Assembly: GCF_018350175.1 (NCBI RefSeq)
Contig: NC_058382.1
Coordinates: 53,880,001-53,944,000 of the forward strand
DNA from: Felis catus
Lineage: Eukaryota
Direction of reading: 5' to 3'
Length of the DNA: 64,000 nucleotides
Part shown: positions 62,946 through 64,000 of the stretch, piece by piece
Layout of the letters: every line of letters begins with the position of its first letter
Numbering within the stretch: the first letter of the stretch is position 1
Notes under the pieces: model-generated
Told to the model about the DNA's origin: nothing
What the model saw: the letters and a program-made list of their open reading frames with translations, nothing else
The model's database searches: none
Program-made: the position numbers and the translations under genes

Positions 62946-63316
62946 TGTTAAAAAAGAGACAATGAGCCAAAAAATAGAGTCATCTGACCCCCAGGACAGC
63001 AAACCAAGAATGAAGCCCAGTTTCAGCCTCTCCCTTTTAACTAATAGTTCATCTGAAATTTCCTATCAGCACTGGGGAGGTAGGGAATCTGCATGATAAA
63101 AGTCCTGCCAAAAGGGTGTCCTGACCTAAAGCAATCCTTTCTTTTCTTTTGCTATCACTTCCTCCCCCCACCCTCCTTCCTATAAAAACCTTCCACTTTG
63201 TACAACTCCTCAGAGCATCTCTCTACTTGCTAGAAAGTTTGCTGCCTGACTTATGAATTGCTTACTAAAGCCAATTAAAGCTTCAAATTTACTCTGCTGA
63301 ATTTTGTTTCTTAACA
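62946..63316 (+). mobile_element. Endogenous retrovirus solo LTR (ERV1-class-like, 371 bp)
   Basis: Terminal inverted repeat TGTTAA...TTAACA; 4-bp flanks ccaa/ccac; TATAAAA at 63181; ATTAAA near 63274. Confidence 0.8.
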
Positions 63317-64000
63317 CCACTGACCCCACGTTTCTTTTTTTTCTTTTTTTGATCCCACGTTTCTAAGCTTCCCAGCATTGCTTCCAGTCCTGTTGCCCAT
63401 AATATTTGTGCCTCAGTTTCCACATTTGGAAAGAGGAACTGTTAATACTTCGCAGTGCCACTGTGAGGATTAACAGATCTGAAAGCACTGGGTATAATTT
63501 TGTACAGACAATGGGTGCCCAGCCACATGCAGTTTCCTTCCCTACCCTAGAAACACAGCTCTGTCACATAGCCGTGCCCTCATCTCAGCCCTGGGCAGGA
63601 CATGATATTCTATAGGATATGTCCCGAACCGTGCGCACACCTAGCTTCTGTTTACACCAAAAGAGATTCTTCTATCGGGACTCTCGTTCGATGATGGGTG
63701 GTGGCGACAAGGAATCAAAGTGCAGTCTTGGGACATTCAGCAAACATTAACCACTTCATTAGTGATTACTTCACATTGAGCTCTATTGTACGCCAATTAA
63801 TCGCTGGCACAGGATCCTGAGGACGGACAAGCTAGTCACAAGTGATGAACGAGCAGCACACTCAAGGGCTTGCAGAAATAAGTTGCACGGAGAAGACGCA
63901 AGAGCCAGGCCTGGCATCCCCTTCCTGGGATGAGTGGGCGTTCACGTCGCTGATTTCGAGAAAATGTATCTGGAGAATAAGGACCACCTGTAAGCCTGGC

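Noticed and set aside
1..64000. CRISPR array, operon, defence system or other prokaryote/phage-type system
   Set aside because: Sequence is repeat-rich mammalian DNA with no regularly spaced repeat-spacer array and no long ORFs
1..64000. Naming the host locus or neighbouring gene
   Set aside because: No recognisable coding exon; a genome alignment (BLAT to a cat assembly, then liftover) is needed

Overview
Mammalian genomic DNA, almost certainly from a feliform carnivore (cat family). It carries 16 tRNA-derived Can-SINE (SINEC_Fc-type) copies and a young carnivore L1 3' end. No recognisable protein-coding gene, tRNA/rRNA gene, CRISPR array or prokaryote-type system is present. The listed ORFs are repeat-derived or chance; the only real protein fragment is the L1 ORF2p C-terminus (42194-42667, minus). 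The window reads as intergenic or intronic DNA filled with SINEC, MIR, L2, old L1, MaLR (MLT1) LTRs, hAT-type MITEs (MER5A, MER3, MER45A, MER53, MER91), an ERV solo LTR and microsatellites. Best leads: (i) a cluster of minus-strand exon-like segments at 21.0-24.4 kb, three of which join into one open frame, near a perfect RFX X-box; (ii) a CpG-enriched, motif-rich regulatory zone at 33.5-38 kb with a ~180-bp purine tract; (iii) a MER53 hairpin carrying a miR-1302-like sequence; (iv) mechanistic retrotransposition and repair scars. Repeat family names come from my recall of consensus sequences, and boundaries without TSDs are approximate. I found no convincing novel biological system.
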